A stretch of 33,949 nucleotides of DNA from a virus: the IMG/VR virus record IMGVR_UViG_3300025147_000009, positions 1 to 33,949 of that record; one strand, written 5' to 3'. Position numbers and translations under genes: made by a program. The notes beneath the pieces were generated by a model, which saw nothing but the letters and a program-made list of their open reading frames with translations, was not told the origin of the DNA and made no database searches. This document shows, in pieces, positions 21,918 to 30,930 of the stretch. Every line of letters starts with the position of its first letter. Within the stretch, counting starts at the first letter, position 1.

Positions 21918-23441
21918 ATGAAAGCTGTTATATATGCAAGGTATTCAAGTGATAGACAAACCGAACAATCTATTGAAGGACAATTAAGGGATTGCAAAGC
22001 TTTTGCTAAATCTCAAAATATAACTATTATTGATGATTATATTGACAGAGCAATTACTGGAAAGACAGATAACCGCCCACAATTTCAAGAAATGATTAAG
22101 GATAGTGAAAAGGGTGTATTTGACCTTATCATTGTGTATAAGTTAGATAGGTTTGCTCGAAATAGATATGATAGTGCTATATACAAAGCTCGGCTCAAAA
22201 AGAACGGTGTCAAGGTATTATCTGCCAAAGAGAATATAACTGATAGCCCTGAAGGAATCATAATGGAAAGCTTGTTAGAGGGTATGGCTGAGTATTATTC
22301 GGCTGAGCTTTCACAAAAGATTAAGCGTGGTATGAGGGAAACTGCTTTAAAATGTAAAGCTACTGGAGGGAACGTTGCTTTGGGTTATAATGTTTCTGCT
22401 GATAAAAAATTTATAATTGATGAACAGTCCGCACATATTGTTAAGTTGATTTTTGAAATGTACGCCAAAGGGGATAATCTGACTAAAATCAATAACTTTC
22501 TAAATTTGAATGGCTATAAAACTTCTCGTGGTGTTGCTTTTAATAAGAATAGTCTTAGAACTGTACTTAAAAACAAAAAGTATATTGGTGTGTATCAATG
22601 TGGAGATATTGAAGTAGAAAATGGAGTTCCTGCCATCATTAGTGAGGAGCTATTTTATAAAGTCCAAAGAAAACTTGCAGAAAATAAAAAAGCTCCTGCT
22701 AAGGCAAAAGCTAAGAATGAATATATATTGACAACAAAATTATATTGTGGTCATTGTGAAGGTCTTATGATTGGTGAAAGTGGTAATAGCAGAGGAAAAA
22801 GCTATACTTACTATAAATGCAATAATAAGAAGAGGCAAAAGAATTGTGATAAAACAAATGCTGGCAAGGACTACATCGAGGACTTAGTAATCAATACAAC
22901 TGTAAATGTTGTACTGCAAGATGATGTTATTTATCATATAGCAAATAAGGTTGTTGAGCTTCAGCTGAAAGAAAGAATCAACGATAGATTAATTTACCTT
23001 GAGAACTCTTTGAAAGATACTAATAAACGAATTGCAAATATGTTGAAAGCTATTGAGGATGGGCTCTATAACGAATTAGTAAATTCAAGGCTGAATGAAT
23101 TGAAAGCATTAAAAATAGAATTAACAAATGATATTGATAGAGAAAATATATCTAAGCCTAAAATAGATAAGGATATGGTTATATACTGGTTAAATCAATT
23201 TAAAGGTGGAAATACAAAAGATGTCAACTATCGTAAAAAGATAGTCGACACCTTCATAAATAAGATATTTCTTTTTGATGATAAGCTAATTATCACCTAC
23301 AACTACAGCAATGACAATAATAATATTGCTGTTTCGGATTTGGCACTGGATGGTGGAGGCGACAACGCCAAAACCGAAACAATTTTTTTCACAGAAAACA
23401 TCTTTGGTATATTTGTTTTGCTGCAGATACAAAAAAAATAA
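21918..23441 (+). CDS. int: Large serine recombinase (integrase)
   Basis: MKAVIYARYSSDRQ...SIEGQ (resolvase catalytic domain), a recombinase domain, a zinc ribbon CGHCEG...YYKCNNKKRQKNC, and a coiled coil. Trimmed to ATG 21918. Confidence 0.9.
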   Translation: MKAVIYARYSSDRQTEQSIEGQLRDCKAFAKSQNITIIDDYIDRAITGKTDNRPQFQEMIKDSEKGVFDLIIVYKLDRFARNRYDSAIYKARLKKNGVKVLSAKENITDSPEGIIMESLLEGMAEYYSAELSQKIKRGMRETALKCKATGGNVALGYNVSADKKFIIDEQSAHIVKLIFEMYAKGDNLTKINNFLNLNGYKTSRGVAFNKNSLRTVLKNKKYIGVYQCGDIEVENGVPAIISEELFYKVQRKLAENKKAPAKAKAKNEYILTTKLYCGHCEGLMIGESGNSRGKSYTYYKCNNKKRQKNCDKTNAGKDYIEDLVINTTVNVVLQDDVIYHIANKVVELQLKERINDRLIYLENSLKDTNKRIANMLKAIEDGLYNELVNSRLNELKALKIELTNDIDRENISKPKIDKDMVIYWLNQFKGGNTKDVNYRKKIVDTFINKIFLFDDKLIITYNYSNDNNNIAVSDLALDGGGDNAKTETIFFTENIFGIFVLLQIQKK

Positions 23442-23467
23442 GGGTACTTCATCATTGAAGCACCCTT
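23440..23467. terminator. Bidirectional hairpin between the convergent integrase and endolysin genes
   Basis: aagggtacttca-tcat-tgaagcaccctt (12 bp with one A-C mismatch), flanked by A8 upstream and TATAATTAT downstream. Confidence 0.55.
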
Positions 23468-23471
23468 ATAA

Positions 23472-24656
23472 TTATCCCCACATTACTATATTGTGTATTT
23501 GCCTTACCGTTGATAGCTTATATTCACCGTTAACCCTCATGCATGAGCTGCCGCCACCATCAAGAGTAAGCCCTGCATCCACGCCCAAGCTTCTAAATGT
23601 TTCCTGTGCCCTTGATATATCCGTATTTGGTCTAACGCATATAATAATCTTATTATCACTTTTACGATATCCTATATACGTCCTTGTTGTTGCCCTGCTA
23701 ACATCTGCAAACTTGCCTGTAAATCCCTCTTTTGCAATTGTGTTATTTGGATAAATGCCTGCACCACTTATAGCAAATTTCAATCCACATTCAAGAGATA
23801 TATCAAAAACAGGCTTGACTTGGACTACTCCATCATAAAATACGCACAAAGTAGTAACCGCCACACCATGCGTGGCACAATTGGAAAGTATCACTCCATC
23901 ATTTACAAGATGTCCACATGAATATGTCTTGCCATCATCTTGCCAACCGAAGTAACCACCATTTACAAAGTTGCTTATATCAATTTTATCAGCTCTTTGG
24001 TCAGTTACCCAACCGCCAACAAGCAGAGGGTCAACCTCAACAACGTGTGTTTCTCCAACCTTTTTATAATTATGCCCCTTGTTAGACACAACCTTTTTTT
24101 GCTCTATGCCAAGTTTATTACATACCCCTTGAAATATAGCGTTAGCAAGTTCATCTTGTCTGTCACGCAAAATTTGAGCATCATTTGGATTAGATATAAA
24201 ACCCAACTCAATTAGTATAGCAGACATTTTTGTTTTTTTAAGAACTGCTAATTCTGGTCTAATTGAGTTTCCTCTATCTTGTAATCCTAATTTAGCCAAA
24301 TTAGGTCTGATTGAATTTGCAAGTTGCTCTGCTTTCCCACCAACACCACATATGCAAATCTCAGTTCCATTAGCAGTTAATACTCCAAAAGAATTACAAT
24401 GAATTGATATGAAATAATCAGCACCAAAATTATTAGCCATATTTGCCCTTTGCGATAGGCTACTATTTAAACTATAACCTACATTACACGTTTTAATATC
24501 CCTTGAGTACTTTATATCTACCCCCACACCCTGCAATAATGCGCCTAATATTTGAGCCACTGCAAATGTAATATCCTGCTCACGCATTCCGTTGCCACTT
24601 GCACCAGTGTCAAATCCACTGTCATTATGTCCTGCATCAATAAATATTTTAGCCAT
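23472..24656 (-). CDS. Endolysin: N-acetylmuramoyl-L-alanine amidase (Amidase_3) fused to a phosphodiester-glycosidase (NAGPA/DUF2233)-like C-terminal domain
   Basis: The N-terminus is KIFIDAGHNDSGFDTGASGNGMREQD...YFISIHCNS. The C-terminus has FVNGGYF...RTYIGY...IIICV...LGVDAGLTLDGGGSSCM. Confidence 0.75.
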   Translation of the reverse strand: MAKIFIDAGHNDSGFDTGASGNGMREQDITFAVAQILGALLQGVGVDIKYSRDIKTCNVGYSLNSSLSQRANMANNFGADYFISIHCNSFGVLTANGTEICICGVGGKAEQLANSIRPNLAKLGLQDRGNSIRPELAVLKKTKMSAILIELGFISNPNDAQILRDRQDELANAIFQGVCNKLGIEQKKVVSNKGHNYKKVGETHVVEVDPLLVGGWVTDQRADKIDISNFVNGGYFGWQDDGKTYSCGHLVNDGVILSNCATHGVAVTTLCVFYDGVVQVKPVFDISLECGLKFAISGAGIYPNNTIAKEGFTGKFADVSRATTRTYIGYRKSDNKIIICVRPNTDISRAQETFRSLGVDAGLTLDGGGSSCMRVNGEYKLSTVRQIHNIVMWG

Positions 24657-24972
24657 TTCGCAAACCTCCCTTTTCTGTTGGTAGTTCGTACAACTTTTCC
24701 ATCAATCCAGTAATAACACCGTTACCACCAAGAGCCTTGTATTGATTACAAAGCTCATCAATGTTCTCTCGTTCATAAATCGGCAAATATCCACGCTCTA
24801 TGTATTTATTATAAACTTGAATAATCTGTGCTCTAAGTAGAGCTTGCACACCACTTTGTGTGGCACAATTTTTTTTGTGAAGTGTTTCATAACCTTTCCA
24901 TAACCCACAAATTGCAGAAGTAATTATTCCAAAAGTAAATCCAATCCAATATTTAAGTATGTATTCTTTCAT
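24649..24972 (-). CDS. Holin-like / lysis accessory protein (107 aa, one N-terminal TM)
   Basis: WIGFTFGIITSAICGLW is followed by ...GYLPIYERENIDELCNQYKALGGNG. It overlaps the endolysin start. Confidence 0.45.
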   Translation of the reverse strand: MKEYILKYWIGFTFGIITSAICGLWKGYETLHKKNCATQSGVQALLRAQIIQVYNKYIERGYLPIYERENIDELCNQYKALGGNGVITGLMEKLYELPTEKGGLRNG

Positions 24973-24984
24973 CCTGTCCTCCTG

Positions 24985-25389
24985 CTATTTATTGATTTTT
25001 ACATATTGTTCTATTTTACTCTCAATCCACAAATCGACTTCACCACTGCTAAGTTCTTCATTAAGCACCTCAATTGTCTTTTCACCCATAATTGATAATG
25101 CCTTTTGCTTTGCTATCATAAAGGCATTTTTTTGCTCATCAACAGTAAAAGCATTTTCTTTTTTAAATGTATCAACGTAAACTTGGCTTACAGCAAGCAC
25201 AGCAGTTTTGATTGCATCTTCTGCAACACCAAGATACTTTTTAAGTTTTTCATTCTTGATGCTCTCTGTTAGCTGTTTTGTTTTAAGCTCAATAAAGCTG
25301 ATGATGTATTTCCCCATTACTATGATGAGTGGAACAATCACCGCTGTGCAAATTAGGTTAATATTTTCTTGCGTTAATAAGATATTCAT
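24985..25389 (-). CDS. Putative holin (134 aa, N-terminal TM, LL-H-like layout)
   Basis: INLICTAVIVPLIIVMGKYIISFI is followed by an amphipathic helical tail. It lies just upstream of the lysis genes. Confidence 0.5.
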   Translation of the reverse strand: MNILLTQENINLICTAVIVPLIIVMGKYIISFIELKTKQLTESIKNEKLKKYLGVAEDAIKTAVLAVSQVYVDTFKKENAFTVDEQKNAFMIAKQKALSIMGEKTIEVLNEELSSGEVDLWIESKIEQYVKINK

Positions 25390-25406
25390 TGTAATTCCTC
25401 TTTTCT

Positions 25407-26075
25407 TTAATATAATAGAATTGGGTCAAATTTCATAGAGCCGAAGCCACCACGTGGGTACCAAGTATCAAGTAACCAAGCACTAACACTTTCAGGATTA
25501 ACAGCATTTGCAGAAATTAAGAAGGCCGCGGACGTTGCCCTCGTGTCTAATAAATTGTACCACTTGTCACCAATCTTATAATAAATGGTGTTACTACCTT
25601 CAATTAGTGAATTTACAACATTATCAGCAATATAATATGATGATTGCATTTGATACACATCAATCCCAACTCTAACGCTATTATTTTCCACACTATTAAT
25701 GTTAATTGGAAAATCAGGGATAGTTAATGTTTTTTTTAGTGGTGATGTTAAATCTGCTGCACCTACTGTAAAATCAAGTGTAGTTCCTCTAAGTGCGGAA
25801 GGTAAAGTAAACCTAAATAAAAATGAACCATTTGTAGTAGTTGCCTGCTGGTCTATATATTTAATAGTTGTACTGTTAACTGGCACGCCACTTGTTGTTA
25901 CCAGCAGAGTTATTTGTTGCCCTGAACCGCTTGTCAAATTGCCAGTTATCTCTATTCTTCCACCTTCATACAAATTGACATTATAGGATACCGTAGCAAT
26001 GCAAAATACAGTAGATGTAAATAACATCATAATCAAACAAGTTATTAATAGTAAACACATTCCTTTCTTAATCAT
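25407..26075 (-). CDS. Exported protein (222 aa) with an N-terminal signal peptide/anchor and beta-rich domains
   Basis: MIKKGMCLLLITCLIMMLFTSTVFCIATVSY... It has an ATGA overlap with the upstream gene. No family recognised. Confidence 0.6.
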   Translation of the reverse strand: MIKKGMCLLLITCLIMMLFTSTVFCIATVSYNVNLYEGGRIEITGNLTSGSGQQITLLVTTSGVPVNSTTIKYIDQQATTTNGSFLFRFTLPSALRGTTLDFTVGAADLTSPLKKTLTIPDFPININSVENNSVRVGIDVYQMQSSYYIADNVVNSLIEGSNTIYYKIGDKWYNLLDTRATSAAFLISANAVNPESVSAWLLDTWYPRGGFGSMKFDPILLY

Positions 26076-26685
26076 TTATCACACCATCCTTTACCGCAAT
26101 TGAGAGCTTTCCATTTTCAAGCCTTCCAACCGCTATAACTTTTTGCAGCTTATATATCCTTAGTTCTATGAGTTCTGGCATTGTAAATATTAAAGGCGGT
26201 GCAATTATTCTGCCACTTGGCAATAGCTGTTTGTCCACATACTGACCGTTTAAATAAAGCTCGTATAAATCAGCACTTAGGCTTATAGGAATATCAATTG
26301 CAAATTCAGATCTGTTTTTATCAATTTTTTTAATTGCATATGTACCCTCAACAATTGTATTGCCACTAATACCAAATAGTTCAAGTGTTGTTAGTGGTGA
26401 TGGGGTCGGTGTAGCTTTAACCTCAACAACAGGTGCTTTTGTTGGTTTTGCCGTTGAGCTCGGTGTTGGCTTTATAGTCGGCTTCGGAGTTGTGCTTGGT
26501 GCTGGCTTTATGGTTGTGATGGATGCAGGTGTCTGCTCTATGGTAGCCACTTTTTCAATTGGTAGTGCCTTATTTGGTGCTGTCGGCTTTGGTGCTAAAA
26601 TACTACCACCAATCGCAAGAGATACTGCAATTGCAACTCCTGTTGCTGTTGCAACTATTTTTTTGTTTTTACTAAGTTTAGCCAT
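26068..26685 (-). CDS. Membrane-anchored protein (205 aa) with a Pro/Thr/Lys-rich linker and a C-terminal beta domain
   Basis: KKIVATATGVAIAVSLAIGGSIL is followed by TPKPTIKPTPSSTAKPTKAPVVEVKATPTPSP. There is a TAATG overlap with the fibre gene stop. Confidence 0.6.
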   Translation of the reverse strand: MAKLSKNKKIVATATGVAIAVSLAIGGSILAPKPTAPNKALPIEKVATIEQTPASITTIKPAPSTTPKPTIKPTPSSTAKPTKAPVVEVKATPTPSPLTTLELFGISGNTIVEGTYAIKKIDKNRSEFAIDIPISLSADLYELYLNGQYVDKQLLPSGRIIAPPLIFTMPELIELRIYKLQKVIAVGRLENGKLSIAVKDGVIND

Positions 26686-27725
26686 TAAATTACCTCCTCG
26701 TTTTGAACCACCAATGCGCCAAGCTCAAAAAATACATTGCTCTCTGTTTTAACAAGCTTTGTAATAACTGTTGGCTGTGCTGATGGTTGTGTATAATTTC
26801 TTTCATCATAAAACGCAATACTTACTCTACTTGATTCAAAGGTGATAGGAACTGTTGTAAATGCCTCCGTTATACTAAGCTTCCCACTAATGTTTTGATT
26901 ATCAAGAAGTACACTATACCTTGACAATGCCCTTGAAGGTGCTAAAGGCTGTACTTTTAATTCAGCACTAACACCAGTTATAAGGTCAGTAACGGAATAG
27001 TGAGCATATGTAGCAATTAAACCAGTATCACCTTTATCTCCTTGTACACCATGTTCACCTTGTATGCCTTGCTCCCCAGTGTCGCCTTTATCCCCTTTTT
27101 CCCCTTGTATGCCCTGTTCACCCTGTATACCTTGCTCACCAGTATCACCTTTGTCACCTTTTTCGCCCTGTATACCTTGTATGCCTTGCGCCCCAGTGTC
27201 ACCCTTGTCACCTTTTCCACCTCGGTAATAATCTACTCTAATTTTTTCATTCAGAACATCACTAACAGCTTTTGCTTTGTTAGCCTCGGATTCAGCCAAA
27301 TAGCTTGCTGATAAAGTTTCGTCTACAAGAGTATCTAAGACACCAATTCTGTTGTCACCCTCTATAACTTTATCAATGTCAATATCTTCTCTTACCTTGA
27401 ATGAAAAAGGCTGTAACGTCTTTTTTGCGCCATCTTTGTATAAAGAAATATCCGCCCTAACTTCACCAGAGATTTCATACATATTGTTTGGTAGTTTAAT
27501 GCTTAAAGTATCAGTAACAACCATAAAATCATTTACAATAACATCATCAGCTCTGCTTACAACAATTGTTGCAGCATATCCAGCTAAATCATCAAACAAC
27601 TGCCCCTGCTCTAAAACGGTTATAATCAAATCACACGAATTGTAATCGTTACGTACAAGGGTATATCCTGTGTTAATTAGATACTGCTCTACGATATCTA
27701 ATTTCACCTTCAAAGGAATAAACAT
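26685..27725 (-). CDS. Baseplate upper protein (BppU_N-like) / tail fibre with a collagen-like triple-helix segment
   Basis: The N-terminus [10 protein letters not shown]...[21 protein letters not shown]...[24 protein letters not shown] resembles BppU_N. There are 22 consecutive G-X-Y triplets at aa 169-235. Confidence 0.65.
   Translation of the reverse strand: MFIPLKVKLDIVEQYLINTGYTLVRNDYNSCDLIITVLEQGQLFDDLAGYAATIVVSRADDVIVNDFMVVTDTLSIKLPNNMYEISGEVRADISLYKDGAKKTLQPFSFKVREDIDIDKVIEGDNRIGVLDTLVDETLSASYLAESEANKAKAVSDVLNEKIRVDYYRGGKGDKGDTGAQGIQGIQGEKGDKGDTGEQGIQGEQGIQGEKGDKGDTGEQGIQGEHGVQGDKGDTGLIATYAHYSVTDLITGVSAELKVQPLAPSRALSRYSVLLDNQNISGKLSITEAFTTVPITFESSRVSIAFYDERNYTQPSAQPTVITKLVKTESNVFFELGALVVQNEEVI
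27021..27221. repeat. Collagen-like G-X-Y coding repeat ([14 protein letters not shown] units)
   Basis: I counted the triplets from the translated ORF. The repeat also generates the spurious ORFs 27017-27220 (-) and 27042-27311 (+). Confidence 0.9.
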
Positions 27726-28058
27726 TTACATTCCTCCCAGCTTTAATTTTTCTACCCTGCCCCATTCTCTGCATTCCTCGACATAACTGTTATATGCCAA
27801 AAATTCAGCATCATTTGAATCTACTATGCCTAATCTCAACATTTTCATTTCATCATTTTCATTGTATCGCAAACGTATTTTTTCAACAATTTGCGCATCA
27901 ATTTGCTCGGCTGTTATTACAGTTTGCGTTTCAAATATGATTGCATTATATTCTTCCTCTGTTATTTCTATCAAAGGTTGTTCAATAATAATATTATCAT
28001 CACTTGTTGCACCTTTTGAGATAACTTTTTCATTTTGATATTCGGTATAAAATCTCAC
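27726..28058 (-). CDS. Small tail-module protein (110 aa), function unknown
   Basis: GTG 28058 with GGGAGG 8 nt upstream. It sits between two fibre-like genes. Confidence 0.55.
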   Translation of the reverse strand: MRFYTEYQNEKVISKGATSDDNIIIEQPLIEITEEEYNAIIFETQTVITAEQIDAQIVEKIRLRYNENDEMKMLRLGIVDSNDAEFLAYNSYVEECREWGRVEKLKLGGM

Positions 28059-28943
28059 TTAATAAACCTCCCATTCGATAGTGCATTTTAAATTCCTTGA
28101 ATAATGTTGAACGTCTGTACGCCTAAATTTTATATCTATATTACTACCATTAATATACACCTCTAAAATTTGACAATCATCTATACCAGTTGCAAAAGCA
28201 GATGCTCCCGAAACTATACCATATGAAGTTATTGATGTGCTATGTGACCTGCCACTAACATCAACTACCTTTGTTTGAAATTTATCAGCATAAAAGAATA
28301 CTAAAATTCCATATGTGTTATAATCAGAACAATAAATTAAAGCTTTTCCATTTCTTTTGCCACTTCCAATAGGTATTGATTTTACGAGTGTATCTGTTTG
28401 CCCCATAATATCATTAAAAGTCGCAGTTCCAAATGTACCTGTAGTAGCACTTATTGCTTGCGCAAGGCGAACATCTGTTATACCTGAAATACCACAAACG
28501 GAATTATCTGCTCGTTCATCAACTATCGTTAGCGATGTTGTTGTCACTGATATTTTTGCAAGTGATATTTCATAAACCGCACTTGTGCGTGTTAATGCTG
28601 GAGGTTGTGTTGTTGTGCCTTGTACGATAAATGCTTTTATGCTTCTATTTGCAGATTGTGTATCACACCTTAATACTAATCTATCAACTCTCGTTGTTGC
28701 TGTGGTAGCAACTGATAATGTCATATCTGAGGTGTTTTCGTAATATCTACCCTCTATTACTGCTTTTCCTGCCTTTAGCTTCACATCAAAAGTATTTGCC
28801 CCTTGGACTACTTCTAAATTTGTCAATACTGCCAACACTCCGCTACTAAAAAATGCTTTGTAATAGTCTGCAAAGTCTTGTGATACATATTGTCTATCAT
28901 TTGCTATGCTGTCAAAAATAAAACTTTTTTCCAAAATTATCAC
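28059..28943 (-). CDS. Putative receptor-binding / tail fibre protein (294 aa)
   Basis: The N-terminus ...FIFDSIANDRQYVSQDFADYYKAFFSSGVL...VDRLVLRCD...YEISLAKISV is a conserved N-terminal module seen in many Firmicutes phage fibre proteins (from memory). The start is uncertain (GTG 28943 or TTG 28934). Confidence 0.5.
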   Translation of the reverse strand: MIILEKSFIFDSIANDRQYVSQDFADYYKAFFSSGVLAVLTNLEVVQGANTFDVKLKAGKAVIEGRYYENTSDMTLSVATTATTRVDRLVLRCDTQSANRSIKAFIVQGTTTQPPALTRTSAVYEISLAKISVTTTSLTIVDERADNSVCGISGITDVRLAQAISATTGTFGTATFNDIMGQTDTLVKSIPIGSGKRNGKALIYCSDYNTYGILVFFYADKFQTKVVDVSGRSHSTSITSYGIVSGASAFATGIDDCQILEVYINGSNIDIKFRRTDVQHYSRNLKCTIEWEVY

Positions 28944-28945
28944 CC

Positions 28946-30034
28946 CTAAACTGCTATATTTTTAAAATCTCTTTTTATCTTTTGCTGTAATGTCAAAATA
29001 TCATCACCGAATATTGCATCGAGCCTAAAGCCACCACTTTCATATACCTCGTTGACCTCAATAATGCGCTTGTTGTAGACTGTTGAACCATCTATAATTG
29101 TTACAATATCCCCAAATGCAAAATCAATATCATAGCTTAAATTTATAGGCAAAATTGTCACGTCAAATGCTTCACTTTTTTTGTACTCTACCAGCTTTTG
29201 CAACCCTCTTTGGGTGAGCTCACCACCTGTGTTTGTAATAACATCATTTGCATCAATAAACACTTCTTTGCGATTCAATCCCGAAGGCTCTGCACCATCA
29301 AATACAGTTGCAATAAGTCTACTTGCACCATCACCAGCACCACCTACAACACCAACATTTTTATGATTACTAAAATCAATAGTTAATTTTTTAGTATTTA
29401 CATTATCAAATTCAGTAGAAAATATTGCAGGAGGTAATACGTTCTGCGTAGCTGATAAATCATTACCAGTATGTACATCAAAACTATACTTTTTATTTGC
29501 TAAGTCCAAATATATATCCCACCCTAAGTCAGCATATTTTGCTAACTCCTCTAACTTATCAGCTGTGTATGTATAGCGTGCGGTTGCTGTTGTGTCTACA
29601 CCTTTTAAATTGTCACTTGCTATAATAAGGCTTGCAATATTTCTATTCGCATTGGGCGAGTTTTTAAAGTCATTTGATACTATCCCTTTCATTACTGTTT
29701 CTGTTTTGCCTGTTAATGATAATTCAGCCTGTCCAGCAGGAGGGATAATCAATCTATTTTTCGTAATGCCTTTTAGTGCTGTGAATTTTACTGTTGTAAC
29801 CTCACCATTTTTTTCTAAATCTCTGTTGAAATTAGCAATATAAAATGCTCTTTTTTCATCAACATAGTATATATAATCTTCACTAAGTAGTGATATATCA
29901 AATAATGATGATGCAATGACAAGTTGCGTTTCACCAACTCCATACCATTTGCGGTTTATGACTAAGCTTGTATATGTGTCGATTATGCCAACAGGTATAT
30001 AATTACTGTCCAAAACTCTAATGTCCATAATCAA
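28946..30034 (-). CDS. Tail-associated (Tal-like / siphovirus Gp37-like) baseplate protein
   Basis: 362 aa, directly downstream of Dit. The N-terminus MDIRVLDSNYIPVGIIDTYTSLVINRKWYGVGETQL resembles the Sipho_Gp37 family. Confidence 0.5.
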   Translation of the reverse strand: MIMDIRVLDSNYIPVGIIDTYTSLVINRKWYGVGETQLVIASSLFDISLLSEDYIYYVDEKRAFYIANFNRDLEKNGEVTTVKFTALKGITKNRLIIPPAGQAELSLTGKTETVMKGIVSNDFKNSPNANRNIASLIIASDNLKGVDTTATARYTYTADKLEELAKYADLGWDIYLDLANKKYSFDVHTGNDLSATQNVLPPAIFSTEFDNVNTKKLTIDFSNHKNVGVVGGAGDGASRLIATVFDGAEPSGLNRKEVFIDANDVITNTGGELTQRGLQKLVEYKKSEAFDVTILPINLSYDIDFAFGDIVTIIDGSTVYNKRIIEVNEVYESGGFRLDAIFGDDILTLQQKIKRDFKNIAV

Positions 30035-30915
30035 ACCCCCAAATATGCAGAAGCATATTCTATCGTTACACCACCAAGAATAGCATCGTTACTACTGCCA
30101 TATTCTATAATGTTTTCCCCTGGTATGAATTTAAAAAATTTACTTGTTAAATCAACATAATTAAATGCGTTTACAATGCTTCCATCTAAATTATGAATTT
30201 TAACCGTTTTATTACCATTGTCCGTTGTGATTACAATCTTTTCACCAACGGCAATAGTTTTATTTATTTTAATTGTTTCACCTGTTGTAACATTAGTGAT
30301 ATATGGGTTTTCTGCTGCACCACTAAATGTAATTTTGAGTGGTGTATCAACATCACCATAATTAGTAAAAGTCTTGTTAACCTCAAACTGTGCGAACGAA
30401 AATCCGCTTGAATAATCTGAAACGAATGGGAAAGTGAAGTAATCTGTATAATTACCTATTTCACTAATTGGAGTTACTTCCTTCCAAAACGGATTAGGAC
30501 ACAAAAGGGATATTAAAAAGCTTTGCTCCACTCCACTTTTTGTATTTACTGGGTCAATACTTTTTTCAACATAACAATCAATGTAAAATTCCTTTGTTGT
30601 ATCGCTGTCAATATTAATATAATAGTATAATCTGCCCTTTGATTTTGGATTGAAGCTCATTATTAAATCACGTCTTGCAGTAAACATAGAATATTCACTA
30701 TTTGCGATTATTTTTCCTGATATAACAATGTTCCTTTTTGGCATTCTCATATCACTTACAAATGCCCCATCAGTTAACGGTACCTCTTTTAGTGTCAATT
30801 CATTTTGTGGCACTCCTATGCCATCAACGGATATGATGTAATAAGGCGGTGCAAATCCATATGCACTAAGCTCAATTTCATATCCGTTATCTGCTATATA
30901 TTTTAAATACTTCAA
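30031..30915 (-). CDS. Distal tail protein (Dit, siphovirus tail component)
   Basis: 294 aa immediately after the tape measure gene. TTG start with GAGGTGG 7 nt upstream. The N-terminal pattern is typical of Sipho_tail. Confidence 0.65.
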   Translation of the reverse strand: MKYLKYIADNGYEIELSAYGFAPPYYIISVDGIGVPQNELTLKEVPLTDGAFVSDMRMPKRNIVISGKIIANSEYSMFTARRDLIMSFNPKSKGRLYYYINIDSDTTKEFYIDCYVEKSIDPVNTKSGVEQSFLISLLCPNPFWKEVTPISEIGNYTDYFTFPFVSDYSSGFSFAQFEVNKTFTNYGDVDTPLKITFSGAAENPYITNVTTGETIKINKTIAVGEKIVITTDNGNKTVKIHNLDGSIVNAFNYVDLTSKFFKFIPGENIIEYGSSNDAILGGVTIEYASAYLGV

Positions 30916-30930
30916 CTATGCACCACCTCT

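Noticed and set aside
27017-27311. ORFs 27017-27220 (-) and 27042-27311 (+) within the fibre gene
   Set aside because: They are alternative frames of the collagen-like G-X-Y repeat. The periodic sequence keeps several frames open.
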